A stretch of 64,000 bases of DNA from Squalus acanthias (GCA_030390025.1 JASTWF010000340.1:434001-498000), one strand, 5' to 3'; counted from the first letter of the stretch, positions 24,895-39,830 are shown. The notes: generated from the letters alone by a model not told the origin. Numbers and translations: made by a program.

Positions 24895-27650
24895 TCCCCC
24901 CTCCCCCCAGTACTGAACACTGTGCAACAGCACTGCATACCTCCCTCCAGACCCCAGTACTGAACCCTGGGGAACTCCACTGTATACCTCCCTCCAGACA
25001 CCAGTACTGAACCCTGGGGATCTCCACTGTATACCTCCGTCCAGACTCCTGTACTAAACCCTGGGGAACTCCACTGTATACCTCCCTCCAGACCCCAGTA
25101 CTGAACCCTGGGGAACTCCACTGTATACCTCCGTCCAGCCCCCAGTACTGAACCCTGGGGAACTCCACTGTATACCTCCCTCCAGACCCAAGCACTGAAC
25201 CCTGGGGAATTCCACTGTATACCTCCCCCCAGACCCCAGTACTGAACACTGGGGAACAGGATTGTATACCTCCCTCCAGCCCCCAGTAAAGAACCCTGGG
25301 GAACTCCACTGTATACTTCCACCCAGACACGAGTACTGAACCCTGGGGAACGCCACTGTCTACCTCCCTCCAGACCCCAGTACTGAACCCTGGGGAACTC
25401 CACCGCATACCTCCCTCCAGACACCAGTACTGAACCCTGGGGAACTCCACTGTATACTTCCCTCCAGACCCCAGTACTGAACCCTGGGGAACTCCACTGT
25501 ACACCTCCCTCCAGCCCCCAGTACTGAACCCTGGGGTACTCCACTGTATACCTCCCTCCAGACTCTAGTACTGAACCCTGGGGAACTACACTGTATACCA
25601 CCCTTCAGCCCCTGCTACTGAACCCTGGGGAACTCCACTGTATACCTCCCTCCAGACCCCAGTACTGAACCCTGGGGAACTCCACTGTATACCTCCCTCC
25701 AGACCCCAGTACTGAACCCTGGGGAACTCCACTGTATACCTCCCTCCAGACCCCAGTACTGAACCCTGGGGAACTCCACTGTATACCTCCCTCCAGACCC
25801 CAGTACTGAACCCTGGGGAACTCCACTGTATACCTCCCTCCAGCCCCCAGTACTGAACCCTGGGGAACTCCAGTGTATACCTCCCTCCAGACCCCAGTAC
25901 TGAACCCTGGGGAACTCCACTGTATACCTCTCTCCATACCCCAGTAATTAACCCTGGGGAACTCCACTGTATACCTCCCTCCAGACCCCAGTACTGAACC
26001 CTGGGGAACTCCACTGTATACCTCCCTCCAGCCCCCAGTACTGAACCCTGGGGAACTCCACTGTATACCTCCCTCCAGACCCCAGTACTGAACCCTGGGG
26101 ACCTCCACTGTATACCTCCCTCCAGACCCCAGTACTGAACCCTGGGGAACTCCACTGTATACCTCCCTCCAGACCCCAGTACTGAACCCTGGGGAACTCC
26201 ACTGTATACCTCCCTCCGGACCCCAGTACTGAACCCTGGGGAACTCCACTGTATACCTCCCTGCAGACCCCAGTACTGAACCCTGGCGAACTCCACTGTA
26301 TACCTCCCTCCAGACCCCAGTACTGAACCCTGGGGAACTCCACTGTCTACCTCCCTCCAGACCCCAGTACTGAACCCTGGGGAACTCCACTCAAAACCTC
26401 CCCCCAGACACCAGTACTGAACCCTGGGGAACTCCACTGTATACCTCCTTCCAGCCCCTGCTACTGAACCCTGGGGAACTCCACTGAAACCGCCCTCCAG
26501 CCCACATGACAGAAACCTGGGTAAATCCACTGTATACATCGCTCGAGCCCCCAGTACTGTACTGTGGGGGAACTCCACTGTGCACCTCTCTCTCGAGCCA
26601 CAAACTGAAAACCTGTTGAACTCGACTGTATACATCCCTGCAGCCCCCCAGTCCTGAACCCTGTGGAACTGCACTTTATACATCCCTGCAGCCCCCAGTA
26701 CAGCGTCCTGGGTATGTCCAGTGTTTGCCTACCACCCGACCCCTGTTGTACACCCTGGGGAACTCCAATATATAACACCCTTAAGCCCACAGTATTGATC
26801 GCTGGGGAACTCCACTGTATACCTCTCCCCAAACCCCAGTACTGAAACCTGGGGAACTCCATTGTAAACCTCACGGCAGCCTCTGCTACTGAACACTGGG
26901 GAACTCCACTGTGTACCTCCCTCCAGACCCCAGTACTGAACCCTGGGGAACTCCATTGTAAACCTCACGCCAGCCCCTGCTACTGAACCCTGGGGAACTC
27001 CACTGTACACCTCCCTCCAGACCCCAGTACTGATCCCTGGGGAACTCCACTGTATACCTCCCTCCAGACCCCAGTACTGAACCCTGGGGAACTCGACTGT
27101 ATACCTCCCTCCAGACCCCAGTACTGAACCCTGGAAAACTCGACTGTATACCTCCCTCCAGCCCCCAGTACTGAACCCTGGGGAACTCCACTGTATACGT
27201 CCCCCGCAGACCCCAGTACTGAACCCTGGGGAACTCCACTGTATACCTCGCTCGATACCCCAATACTGAACCTGGGGAAATCCACTGTATACCTCCCTCC
27301 AGACCCCAGTACTGAACCCTGGGGAACTCCACTGTATACCTCCCTCCAGACCCCCAGTGCTGATCCCTGGTGAACTCCACTGTATATCTCCCTGCTCCCA
27401 CAGTGCTGAACCCAGGGAAACTCCACGATATATCTCCCTCCAAGCCCCAGTACTGAACCCTGGGGAACACCACTGTATATCTCCCTCCAGACCCCAGTAC
27501 TGAACCCTGGGGAACAGCACTGTCTCCCTCTCTCCAGCCCACAGTGCTGAACCCTGGGGATCGACAGTGTATACCTTCCCCCAGACACCAGTACTGAACC
27601 CAGGGGCACTCCACTGTATACCTCCTTCCAGTACCCAGTTCTGAAACCTC
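24895..27650 (-). repeat. 47-bp minisatellite, about 58 units, derived from the CR1 RT motif WREVYSGVPQGSVLG
   Basis: Period 47 (AACCCTGGGG at 25621 and 25668). The minus-strand unit TCTGGAGGGAGGTATACAGTGGAGTTCCCCAGGGTTCAGTACTGGGG translates to the RT motif. Confidence 0.93.
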
Positions 27651-27651
27651 G

Positions 27652-30600
27652 GTAAAACTGTCACAGTTAATTGTTAAATTGGATATGATGACCAATACAC
27701 AGAGTAAAACTGTCACAGTTAATTGTTAAATTGGGTATGATAACCAATACACAGGGTAAAACTGTCAGTTAATAGTTAAATTGGGTATGATAACAAATAC
27801 ACAGAGTAAAACTGTCACAGTTAATTGTTAAATTGGATATGATAACCAATACACAGAGTAAAACTGTCACAGTTAATTGTTAAATTGGGTATGATAACCA
27901 ATACACAGGGTAAAACTGTCACAGTTAATTGTTAAATTTGGTATGATAACCAATACAGAGGGTAAAACTGTCACAGTTAATTGTTAAATTGGGCATGATA
28001 ACCAATACACAGAATAAAACTGTCACAGTTAATTGTTAAATTTGGTATGATAACCAATACACAGAGCAATATAGTTAGTTAATTGTTAAATTGGATATGA
28101 TAACCAATACACAGGGTAAAACTGTCACAGTTAATTGTTAAATTGTATATGATAACCAATAGAGAGGGTAAAACTGTCACAGTTAAATGTTAAATTGGGT
28201 ATGATAAGCAATACACAGGGTAAAACTGTCACAGTTAATTGTTAAATTGGGTATGATAACCAATACACAGGGTAAAACTGTCACATTTAATTGTTACATT
28301 GGGTATGATAATCAATACACAGAGTGAAACTGTCACAGTTAATTGTTAAATTGTATATGATAACCAATAGAGAGGGTAAAACTGTCACAGTTAAATGTTA
28401 AATTGGGTATGATAAGCAATACACAGGGTAAAACTGTCACATTTAATTGTTACATTGGGTATGATAATCAATACACAGGGTAAAACTGTCACATTTAATT
28501 GTTAAATTGGGTAAGATATCCAATACACAGGGTAAAACTGTCACATTTAATTGTTAAAGTGGGTAAGATATCCAATACACAGGGTAAAACAGTCACAGTT
28601 AATTGTTAGATTGGGTATGATAACCAAAACACTGGTTATAACTGTCAGTTAATTGTTAAATTCGGTATGATAACCAATACACAGGGTAAAACTGTCACAT
28701 TTAATTGTTAAATTTGGTATGATAACCAACACACAGAGCAAAACAGTTAGTTAATTGTTAAATTGGGTATGATAACCAATACACAGGGTAAAACTGTCAG
28801 TTAATTGTTAAATTGGGTATGATAACCAATACACAGGGTAAAACTGTCACATTTAATTGTTAAATTGGGTAAGATATCCAATACACAGTATAAAACTGTC
28901 AGTTAATGGTTAAATTGGGTATGATAACCAATACACAGTGTGAAACTGCTAGTTAATTGCTCAATTGGGTATGATAACCAATACACAGAGTAAAACTGAC
29001 AGTTAATGTTTAAATTGGGTATGACAACCAATACACAGGGTAAAACTGTCACAGTTAATTGTTAAATTGGGTATGATCACCTATACACAGGGTAAAACTG
29101 TCACAGTTAATTGTTAAATTGGGTATGATAACCAATACACAGGGTAAAACTCTCACAGTTAATTGTTAAATTGGGTATGATAACCTATACACAGGGTAAA
29201 ACTGTCACAGTTAATTGTTAAATTGGGTATGATAACCTATACACAGGGTAAAACTGTCACAGTTAATGGTTAAATTGGGTATGATAACCAATACACAGGG
29301 TGAAACTGTCAGTTAAATGTTAAATTGTGTTTGATAACCAATACACAGGATAAAACTGTCACAGTTAATTGTTAAATTGATTATGATAACCAATACACAG
29401 GGCAAAACAGTTACAGTTAATTTTTATATTGGATATGATAACCATTACACAGATTAAAACTGTCACAGTTAATTGTTAAATTGCGTATGATAACCAATAC
29501 ACAGGGTAAAACTGTCAGTTAATTGTTATATTGGGCATGATAACCAATACACAGGGTAAAACTGTCACAGTTAATTGTTATATTGGGTATGATAACCAAT
29601 ACACAGGGTAAAACTGTCCGTTAATTTTTACATTGGGTATGATTCCCAATACACTGGCTGAAACTGCCACAGTTAATTGTTAAATTGGGTATGATAACCA
29701 ATACACAGATTAAAACTGTCACAGTTAATTGTTAAATTGGGTGTGATAACCAGTACACAGGTTATAACTGTCACTGTTAATTGTTAAATTGGTTAAGATA
29801 TCCAATACACAAGGTAAAACAGTTAGTTAATTGTTAAATTGGATATGATAACCAATACACAGGCTGAAACTGTCACAGTTAATTGTTATATTGGGTATGA
29901 CAAGCAATACAAATGATAAAATTGTTACAGTTAATTGTTAAAATGGGAATGCTAACCAACACACAGAGTAAAACAGTTAGTTATTTGTTAAATTGGGTAT
30001 GATCACCAATACACTTGGTAAAACTGTCAGTTAATGGTTAAATTGGGTATGATAACCAATACACAGGGTAAAACAAAAGTTAATTGTTGAATTGGGTAAG
30101 ATAACCAACACACAGAGTAAAACAGTTAGTTATTTGTTAAATTGGGTATGATCACCAATACACAGGGCAAAACTGTGTTAATTGTTAAATTGGGTATGAT
30201 AACCAATACACAGAGTAAAACAGTTAGTTAATTGTTAAATCGGGTATGATAACCAATACACAGGGTGAAACTGTCAGTTAAATGTTAAATTGTGTTTGAT
30301 AACCAATACACAGGATAAAACTGTCACAGTTAATTGTTAAATTGATTATGATAACCAATACACAGGGCAAAACAGTTACAGTTAATTGTTATATTGGATA
30401 TGATAACCAATACACAGATTAAAACTGTCACAGTTAATTGTTAAATTGGGTATGATAACCAATACACAGGGTAAAACTGTCACAGTTAATTGTTAAATTG
30501 TGTATGATAACCAATACACAGTGTATAACTGACATAGTTATTTGTTAAATTGGGTATGATAACCAGTACACAGGTTATAACTGTCACTGTTAATTGTTAA

Positions 30601-33600
30601 ATTGGTTAAGATATCCAATACACAAGGTAAAACAGTTAGTTAATTGTTAAATTGTATATGATAACCAATACATAGGCTGAAACTGTCACAGTTAATTGTT
30701 ATATTGGGTATGACAAGCAATACAAATGATAAAATTGTTACAGTTAATTTTTATATTGGATATGATAACCATTACACAGATTAAAACTGTCACAGTTAAT
30801 TGTTAAATTGCGTATGATAACCAATACACAGGGTAATACTGTCACAGTTAATTGTTATATTGGGCATGATAACCAATACACAGGGTAAAACTGTCACAGT
30901 TAATTGTTAAATTGGGTATGATAACCAATACACAGGGTAAAACTGTCACAGTTAATTGTTATATTGGGTATGATAACCAATACACAGGGTAAAACTGTCC
31001 GTTAATTTTTACATTGGGTATGATTCCCAATACACTGGCTAAAACTGCCACAGTTAATTGTTAAATTGGGTATGATAACCAATACACAGATTAAAACTGT
31101 CACAGTTAATTGTTAAATTGGGTATGATAACCAGTACACAGGTTATAACTGTCACTGTTAATTGTTAAATTGGTTAAGATATCCAATACACAAGGTAAAA
31201 CAGTTAGTTAATTGTTAAATTGGATATGATAACCAATGCACAGGCTGAAACTGTCACAGTTAATTGTTATATTGGGTATGACAAGCAATACAAATGATAA
31301 AATTGTTACAGTTAATTGTTAAAATGGGAATGCTAACCAACACACAGAGTAAAACAGTTAGTTATTTGTTAAATTGGGTATGATCACCAATACACAGGGT
31401 AAAACTGTCAGTTAATGGTTAAATTGGGTATGATAACCAATACACAGGGTAAAACAAAAGTTAATTGTTGAATTGGGTAAGATAACCAACACACAGAGTA
31501 AAACAGTTAGTTATTTGTTAAATTGGGTATGATCACCAATACACAGGGTAAAACTGTCAGTTAATGGTTAAATTGGGTATGATAACCAATACACAGGGTA
31601 AAACAAAAGTTAATTGTTGAATTGGGTAAGATAACCAACACACAGAGTAAAACAGTTAGTTACTTGTTAAATTGGGTATGATCACCAATACACAGGGCAA
31701 AACTGTGTTAATTGTTAAATTGGGTATGATAACCAATACACAGGGTAAAACAGTTAGTTAATTGTTAAATTGGGTATGATAACCAATACACAGGGTAAAA
31801 CTGTCACAGTTAATTGTTAAATTGGATATGATAACCAATACACAGGGTAAAACTGTCAGTTAATTGTTAAATTGGGTATGATAACCAATACACAGGGTAA
31901 AACTGTCACAGTTAATTGTTAAATTGGTATGATAACCAATACACAGGTAAAACTGTCAGTTAATTGTTAAATTGGGTATGATAACCAATACACAGGGTAA
32001 AACTGTCAGTTAATTGTTAAATTGGGTATGATAACCAATACACAGGGTAAAACTGTCAGTTAATTGTTAAATTGGATATGATAACCAATACACAGGGTAA
32101 AACTGTCACAGTTAATTGTTAAATTGGTATGATAACCAATACACAGAGTAAAACTGTCACAGTTAATTGTTAAATTGTGTATGATAACCAATACACAGGG
32201 AAAAACTGTCCGTTAATTGTTAAATTGGGTATGATTACCAATACACTGGCTAAAACTGTCACAGTTAATTGTTAAATTGGGTATGATAACCAATACACAG
32301 TTTAAAACTGTCACAGTTAATTGTTAAATTGGGTATGATAACCAATACACAGGGTAAAACTGTCACAGTTAATTGTTAAATTGGGTATGATAACCAATAC
32401 ACAGTGTATAACTGACATAGTTATTTGTTAAATTGGGTATGATAACCAGTACACAGGTTATAACTGTCACTGTTAATTGTTAAATTGGTTAAGATATCCA
32501 ATACACAAGGTAAAACAGTTAGTTAGTTGTTAAATTGGATATGATAACCAATACACAGGCTGAAACTGTCACAGTTAATTGTTATATTGGGTATGACAAG
32601 CAATACAAATGATAAAATTGTTACAGTTAATTGTTAAAATGGGAATGCTAACCAACACACAGAGTAAAACAGTTAGTTATTTGTTAAATTGGGTATGATC
32701 ACCAATACACAGGGTAAAACTGTCAGTTAATTGTTAAATTGGGTATGATAACCAATACACAGGGTAAAACTGCACAGTTAATTGTTAAATTGGGTATGAT
32801 AACCAATACACAGGGTAAAACTGTCAGTTAATTGTTAAATTGGGTATGATAACCAATACACAGGGTAAAACTGTCACAGTTAATTGTTAAATTGGGTATG
32901 ATAACCAATACACAGGGTAAAACTGTCACAGTTAATTGTTAAATTGGGTATGATAACCAATACACAGGGTAAAACTGTCACAGTTAATTGTTAAATTGGG
33001 TATGATAACCAATACACAGGGTAAAACTGTCAGTTAATTGTTAAATTGGGTATGATAACCAATACACAGGGTAAAACTGTCACAGTTAATTGTTAAATTG
33101 GTATGATAACCAATACACAGGTAAAACTGTCAGTTAATTGTTAAATTGGGTATGATAACCAATACACAGGGTAAAACTGTCAGTTAATTGTTAAATTGGG
33201 TATGATAACCAATACACAGGGTAAAACTGTCAGTTAATTGTTAAATTGGGTATGATAACCAATACACAGGGTAAAACTGTCAGTTAATTGTTAAATTGGG
33301 TATGATAACCAATACACAGTGTAAAACTGTCAGTTAATTGTTAAATTGGGTATGATAACCAATACACAGGTAAAACTGTCAGTTAATTGTTAAATTGGGT
33401 ATGATAACCAATACACAGGGTAAAACTGTCAGTTAATTGTTAAATTGGGTATGATAACCAATACACAGGGTAAAACTGTCACAGTTAATTGTTAAATTGG
33501 GTATGATAACCAATACACAGGGTAAAACTGTCACAGTTAATTGTTAAATTGGGTATGATAACCAATACACAGGTTAAAACTGTCACAGTTAATTGTTAAA

Positions 33601-36600
33601 TTGGGTATGATAACCAATACACAGGGCAAAACAGTTCAGTTAATTGTTAAATTGGATATGATAACCAATACACAGGCTAAAACTGTCACAGTTAATTGTT
33701 ATATTGGGTATGATAACCAATACACAGGGTAAAACTGTCAGTTAATTGTTATATTGGGCATGATAACCAATACACAGGGTAAAACTGTCACAGTTAATTG
33801 TTATATTGGGTATGATAACCAATACACAGGGTAAAACTGTCCGTTAATTTTTACATTGGGTATGATTCCCAATACACTGGCTGAAACTGCCACAGTTAAT
33901 TGTTAAATTGGGTATGATAACCAATACACAGATTAAAACTGTCACAGTTAATTGTTAAATTGGGTGTGATAACCAGTACACAGGTTATAACTGTCACTGT
34001 TAATTGTTAAATTGGTTAAGATATCCAATACACAAGGTAAAACAGTTAGTTAATTGTTAAATTGGATATGATAACCAATACACAGGCTGAAACTGTCACA
34101 GTTAATTGTTATATTGGGTATGACAAGCAATACAAATGATAAAATTGTTACAGTTAATTGTTAAAATGGGAATGCTAACCAACACACAGAGTAAAACAGT
34201 TAGTTATTTGTTAAATTGGGTATGATCACCAATACACTTGGTGAAACTGACAGTTAATTGTTAAATTGTGTATGATATCCAATACACTGGGTAAAACTGT
34301 CACATTTAATTGTTAAATTGGATATGATAACCAATACACAGGGTAAAACTGTCAGTTAATGGTTAAATTGGGTTTGATAACCAATACACAGAGTAAAACT
34401 GCCACAGTTAATTGTTAAATTGGATATGATAACCAATACACAGCGTAAAACTGCTCGTTAATTGTTAAATTGGGTATGATAACCAATACACAGCGTAAAA
34501 CTGCTAGTTAATTGTTAAATTAGGGATGATAACCAATACACAGGGTAAAACTGTCAGTTAATTGTTAAATTGGGTATGATAACCAATACACATGGTAAAA
34601 CTGTCCCAGTTAATTGTTAAATTGGGTATGATAACCAATACACAGGGTAAAACTGTCACAGTTAATTGTTAAATTGGGTATGATAACCAATACACAGGGT
34701 TAAACTGTCATAGTTAATTGTTAAATTGGGTATGATAACCAATACACAGGGTAAAACTGTCACAGTTAATTGTTAAATTGGGAATGATAACCAATACACA
34801 GGGTAAAACTGTCAGTTAATTGTTAAATTGGGTATGATAACCAATACACAGGGTAAAACTGTACAGTTAATTGTTAAATTGGGTATGATAACCAATACAC
34901 AGGGTAAAACTGTCAGTTAATTGTTAAATTGGGTATGATAACCAATACACAGGTTAAACTGTCACAGTTAATTGTTAAATTGGATATGATAACCAATACA
35001 CAGGGTAAAACTGTCTAGTTAATTGTTAAATTGGGTATGATAACCAATACACAGGGTAAAGCTGTCACAGTTAATTGTTAAATTGGATATGATAACCAAT
35101 ACACAGGGTAAAACTGTCAGTTAATTGTTAAATTGGATATGATAACCAATACACAGGGTAAAACTGCTAGTTAATTGTTAAATTGGGTATGATAACCAAT
35201 ACACAGGGTAAAGCTGTCACAGTTAATTGTTAAATTGGGTATGATAACCAATACACAGGGTAAAACTGCTAGTTAATTGTTAAATTAGGTATGATAACCA
35301 ATACACAGGGTTAAACTGTCACAGTTAATTGTTAAATTGGGTATGTTAACCAATACAAAGGGTAAAACTGTCCCAGTTAATTGTTAAATTGGGTATGATA
35401 ACGAATACAAATGGTAAAATTGTTACAGTTAATTGTTAAATTGGGTATGATAACCAATACACAGATTAAAACTGTCACAGTTAATTGTTAAATTGGGTAT
35501 GATAACCAATACACAGGGTAAAACTGTCACAGTTAATTGTTAAATTGGGTATGATAACCAATACACAGTGTATAACTGACATAGTTATTTGTTAAATTGG
35601 GTATGATAACCAGTACACAGGTTATAACTGTCACTGTTAATTGTTAAATTGGTTAAGATATCCAATACACAAGGCAAAACAGTTAGTTAATTGTTAAATT
35701 GTATATGATAACCAATACACAGGCTGAAACTGTCACAGTTAATTGTTATATTGGGTATGACAAGCAATACAAATGATAAAATTGTTACAGTTAATTGTTA
35801 AAATGGGAATGCTAACCAACACACAGAGTAAAACAGTTAGTTATTTGTTAAATTGGGTATGATAACCAATACACAGGGTAAAACTGTCAGTTAATGGTTA
35901 AATTGGGTATGATAACCAATACACAGGGTAAAACAAAAGTTAATTGTTGAATTGGGTAAGATAACCATTACACAGGGTAAAACTGCTAGTTAAGTGTTCA
36001 GCTGGGTATGATAACCAATACACAGAGTAAAACTGCCACAGTTAATTGTTAAATTGGGAATGATAACCAATATACAGGGTGAAACTGTTAGTTAATTATT
36101 AAATTGGGTATGATAACCAATACACCGGGCAGAACTGTCACACTGAATTGTTAAATTGGGTATGATTACCAATACACAGGGTAAAACTGTCACAGTTAAT
36201 TGTTAAATTGGATATGATAACCATTACACAGGGTAAAACTCTCAGTTAATTGTTAAATTGGGTATGATAACCAATATACTGAGTGAAACTGACAGTTAAT
36301 TGTAAAATTGTGTATGATATCCAATACACTGGGTAAAACTGTCACATTTAATTGTTAAATTGGATATGATAACCAATACACAGGGTAAAACTGTCAGTTA
36401 ATGGTTAAATTGGGTTTGATAACCAATACACAGAGTAAAACTGCCACAGTTAATTGTTAAATTGGATATGATAACCAATACACAGCGTAAAACTGCTCGT
36501 TAATTGTTAAATTGGGTATGATAACCAATACACAGCGTAAAACTGCTAGTTAATTGTTAAATTAGGGATGATAACCAATACACAGGGTAAAACTGTCAGT

Positions 36601-37830
36601 TAATTGTTAAATTGGGTATGATAACCAATACACAGGGTAAAACTGTCCCAGTTAATTGTTAAATTGGGTATGATAACCAATACACAGTGTAAAACTGTCA
36701 CAGTTAATTGTTAAATTGTGTATGATAACCAATACACAGGGTAAAACTGTCACAGTTAATTGTTAAATTGGGAATGATAACCAATACACAGGGTAAAACT
36801 GTCAGTTAATTGTTAAATTGGGTATGATAACCAATACACAGGGTAAAACTGTAACAGTAAATTGTTAAATTGGGTATGATAACCAATACACAGGGTAAAA
36901 CTGTCATTTAATTGTTAAATTGGGTATGATAACCAATACACAGGTTAAACCTGCCACAGTTAATTGTTAAATTGGATATGATAACCAATACACAGGGTAA
37001 AACTGCTAGTTAATTGTTAAATTGGGTATGATAACCAATATACAGGGTAAAGCTGTCACAGTAAATTGTTAAATTGGATATGATAACCAATACACAGGGT
37101 AAAAATGTCAGTTAATGGTTAAATTGGATATGATAACCAATACACAGGGTAAAACTGCTAGTTAATTGTTAATTTGGGTATGATAACCAATATACAGGGT
37201 AAAGCTGTCACAGTTAATTGTTAAATTGGGTATGATAACCAATACACAGGGTAAAACTGTCAGTTAATTGTTAAATTAGGTATGATAACCAATACACAGG
37301 GTAAAACTGTCACAGTTAATTGTTAAATTGTGTATGATAACCAATACAAAGGGTAAAACTGTCCCAGTTAATTGTTAAATTGGGTATGATAACGAATACA
37401 AATGGTAAAATTGTTACAGTTAATTGTTAAATTGGGTATGTTAACCAACACACGTATTAAAACAGTTAGTTAATTGTTAAATTGTGTATGATAACCAATA
37501 CACAGGGTAAAACTATCAGTTAATTGTTAAATTGGGTATGATAACCAATACACAGTTTAAAACTGTCACAGTTAATTCTTAAATTGGGTATGATAAACAA
37601 TACACAGGTTAAAACTGTCACAGTTAATTGTTAAATTGGGTATGATAACCAATACACAGGGTAAATCTGTCACAGTAATTTGTTAAATTGGGTATGATGA
37701 CCAATACACTTGTTAAATTGTCAGTAAATTGTTAAATTGGATATGATAACAAATACACAGGGTAAAACTGCCGCAGTTAATTGTTAAATTGAGTATGATA
37801 GCCAATAAACAAGCGAGTAAAGTTAATTGT
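27652..37830. repeat. AT-rich 52/50-bp satellite, about 10.2 kb and 200 units, with higher-order structure
   Basis: Unit GTAAAACTGT(CA)CAGTTAATTGTTAAATTGGGTATGATAACCAATACACAGG. Period 52 at 32881 and 32933. Confidence 0.98.
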
Positions 37831-37857
37831 TAATTCTTAAATTGGAAATAAGCAAAA

Positions 37858-38102
37858 AACAACAGCAACTTATATTTTTATAGCGTCTTTAATGTAGTAA
37901 AACGTCCCAAGGCGTTTCACAGGGGTGCTATCAAACAACATTTGACATTTGGGCAGATAACCCAAAGCTTGGTCAAAGAGGTCATGTTTAAGGAGCGTCT
38001 TGATGGAGGAGAGAGAGGCAGAGAGGTTTACGGACAGAATTCCAGAGCTTAGGGCCCAGGCAGCTGAAGGCATGGCCACCAATGGTGGAGTGATTAAAAT
38101 CA
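37858..38102 (-). mobile_element. L2 LINE (or L2-tailed SINE) 3' end
   Basis: The reverse complement ends CCTGTGAAACGCCTTGGGACGTTTTACTACATTAAAGACGCTATAAAAATATAAGTTGCTGTT, an L2-type tail. Confidence 0.75.
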
Positions 38103-38355
38103 GGGATACATTGAGAGGGACATTGAGAGAGACATTGACAGAAACATAGAGCGAGACATTGGAAGGGTCATTGAGCGGGCCACAGAGAGAGTCAGACAGA
38201 CACAAAGAGAGAAATAGAAACAAAGAGTGGGCAGATTGAGAGATAGAAATAGAGAGACAGAAAGTCTGGGGGAGAGCCACAGACAGCCAGAGAGAGACAG
38301 ACAGGCTGAGAGAGGCAGAGGGAAGAGAAAGACAGGGATAGATATTGAGAGTTAG
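38103..38355. repeat. GA-rich low-complexity tract
   Basis: Degenerate (GA)n/GACA repeats. Confidence 0.75.
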
Positions 38356-39830
38356 AAAATAGGAACATATGAAATAGGAGCAGGAGTAGGCCATTTGGCA
38401 CATCGATCCTGCTCCGCCGTTCAATAAGGTCATGGCTGAACTTCTACCTCAACACCACTTTCCTGAACTGTCCCCATATCCCTTGATTCCTTAAATATTC
38501 AAAAATCTTTCAGTCTCTGTCTTGAATATACTCAACGACTGAGCATCCACAGCCCTCTGGGGTAGAGAATTGCAAAGATTCCCCACCCTCTGAGTGAAGA
38601 ATTTTCTCCTCATCTCGGACCTAACTGGCCGACGTCTTTTGCTGAGACGGTGACCCCTTGTTCTGGACTCCCGAGCCAGGGGAAACATCCTCACTGCATC
38701 TACCCTGTTAAGCCCTCTAAGAATGTTATATATTTCCATGAGATTACCTCTCATTCTTCTAAATTCTAGAGAACATAGGCCTAGTCTACTCAATCTGTTC
38801 TCATAGGACAATCCCCCCATCCCAGGAACCAGTCTGGTGAACCTTCGTTGCACTCGCTCTTTGGCAATTATATCCTTCGTTAGGTAAGGAGACCAACATT
38901 GTACACAGTACTCCTGGTGTGGTCTCACCAGGACCTTATATAATTGCAGTAAGACGTCTTTACTCTTGTATTCAAATCCTCTTCTAATAAAGGCCAACAT
39001 ACCATTTGCTTTCCTAATTATTTGCTGTACCTGCATGTGACCTTTTAGTGATTCATGTACAAGGACACCCAGGTCCCTCTGAACACCAACATTTCCCAAT
39101 CTCTCAACATTTAAAAAATACCTTGCTTTACTATTTTTCCTAACTGCACATTTCTCCACATTATATTCCATTTGCCATGTTCATGCCCATTCACTTAGCC
39201 TGTCTATATCCCCTTGAAGCCTCCATGCATCCTCCTCACAACTTGCATTCCCACCCAGCTTTGTATCATCAGCAAACTTGGATATATTGCATTTGGTCCC
39301 CTCATCCAAATCATTGATATATATCGTAAATAGCTGTTGCCCAAACACTGATTCTTGCGGTACCCCACTAGTTACAGCCTGCCAAACCGAAAATGACTCG
39401 TTTATTGCTATTCTCTGTTTTCTGTCCGTTAACCAATCCTGAACCCATGCTAGAATATTACCCCAATCCCATTTTGTTTAATAACCTCTTGTGCGGCTCC
39501 TTATCGAATGTCTTCTGAAAATCCAAATCCACCAGATCTACTGTCTCCCCCTTATCTGTTCTGCTAGTTACAACCTCAAAAAACTCTAACAAATTTGTGA
39601 AACACTATTTCCCTTTCATAAATCCGTGTTGACTGTGCCCAATCCTAATATAATTTTCTAAGTGCCCTGTTACTACGTCCTTAATATATTTTAGCATTTT
39701 CCCTACTTCTGATGTCAGGAAAACTGATCTGCCGTTCCCCGTTTTCTCTCTCCCTCCTTTCTTAAATATTGGGGTTACATTTGCTACATTCCAATCCGCG
39801 GCAAACGTTCTAAAATCTATGCATTTTATG
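38356..39830 (-). mobile_element. CR1 LINE, RT region plus 3' UTR
   Basis: ORF 38491-39171 (QRDLGVLVHESLK, LYKVLVRPHQEYCVQCWSPY, FFTQRVGNLCNSLPQ). Confidence 0.93.

Noticed and set aside
24815..27716. ORFs with many 'SGVPQGSVLG' motifs as a multi-domain reverse transcriptase
   Set aside because: The 47-bp unit is not a multiple of three, so the motif cycles through frames, and no other RT motifs are present.
27652..37830. CRISPR-like array, or an array of V(D)J recombination signals (CACAGTT + 23 bp + CCAATACAC)
   Set aside because: Units are head-to-tail with no unique spacers and there are no cas genes in this eukaryotic DNA. The nonamer match to ACAAAAACC is only 5/9 and no V/J segments are visible.
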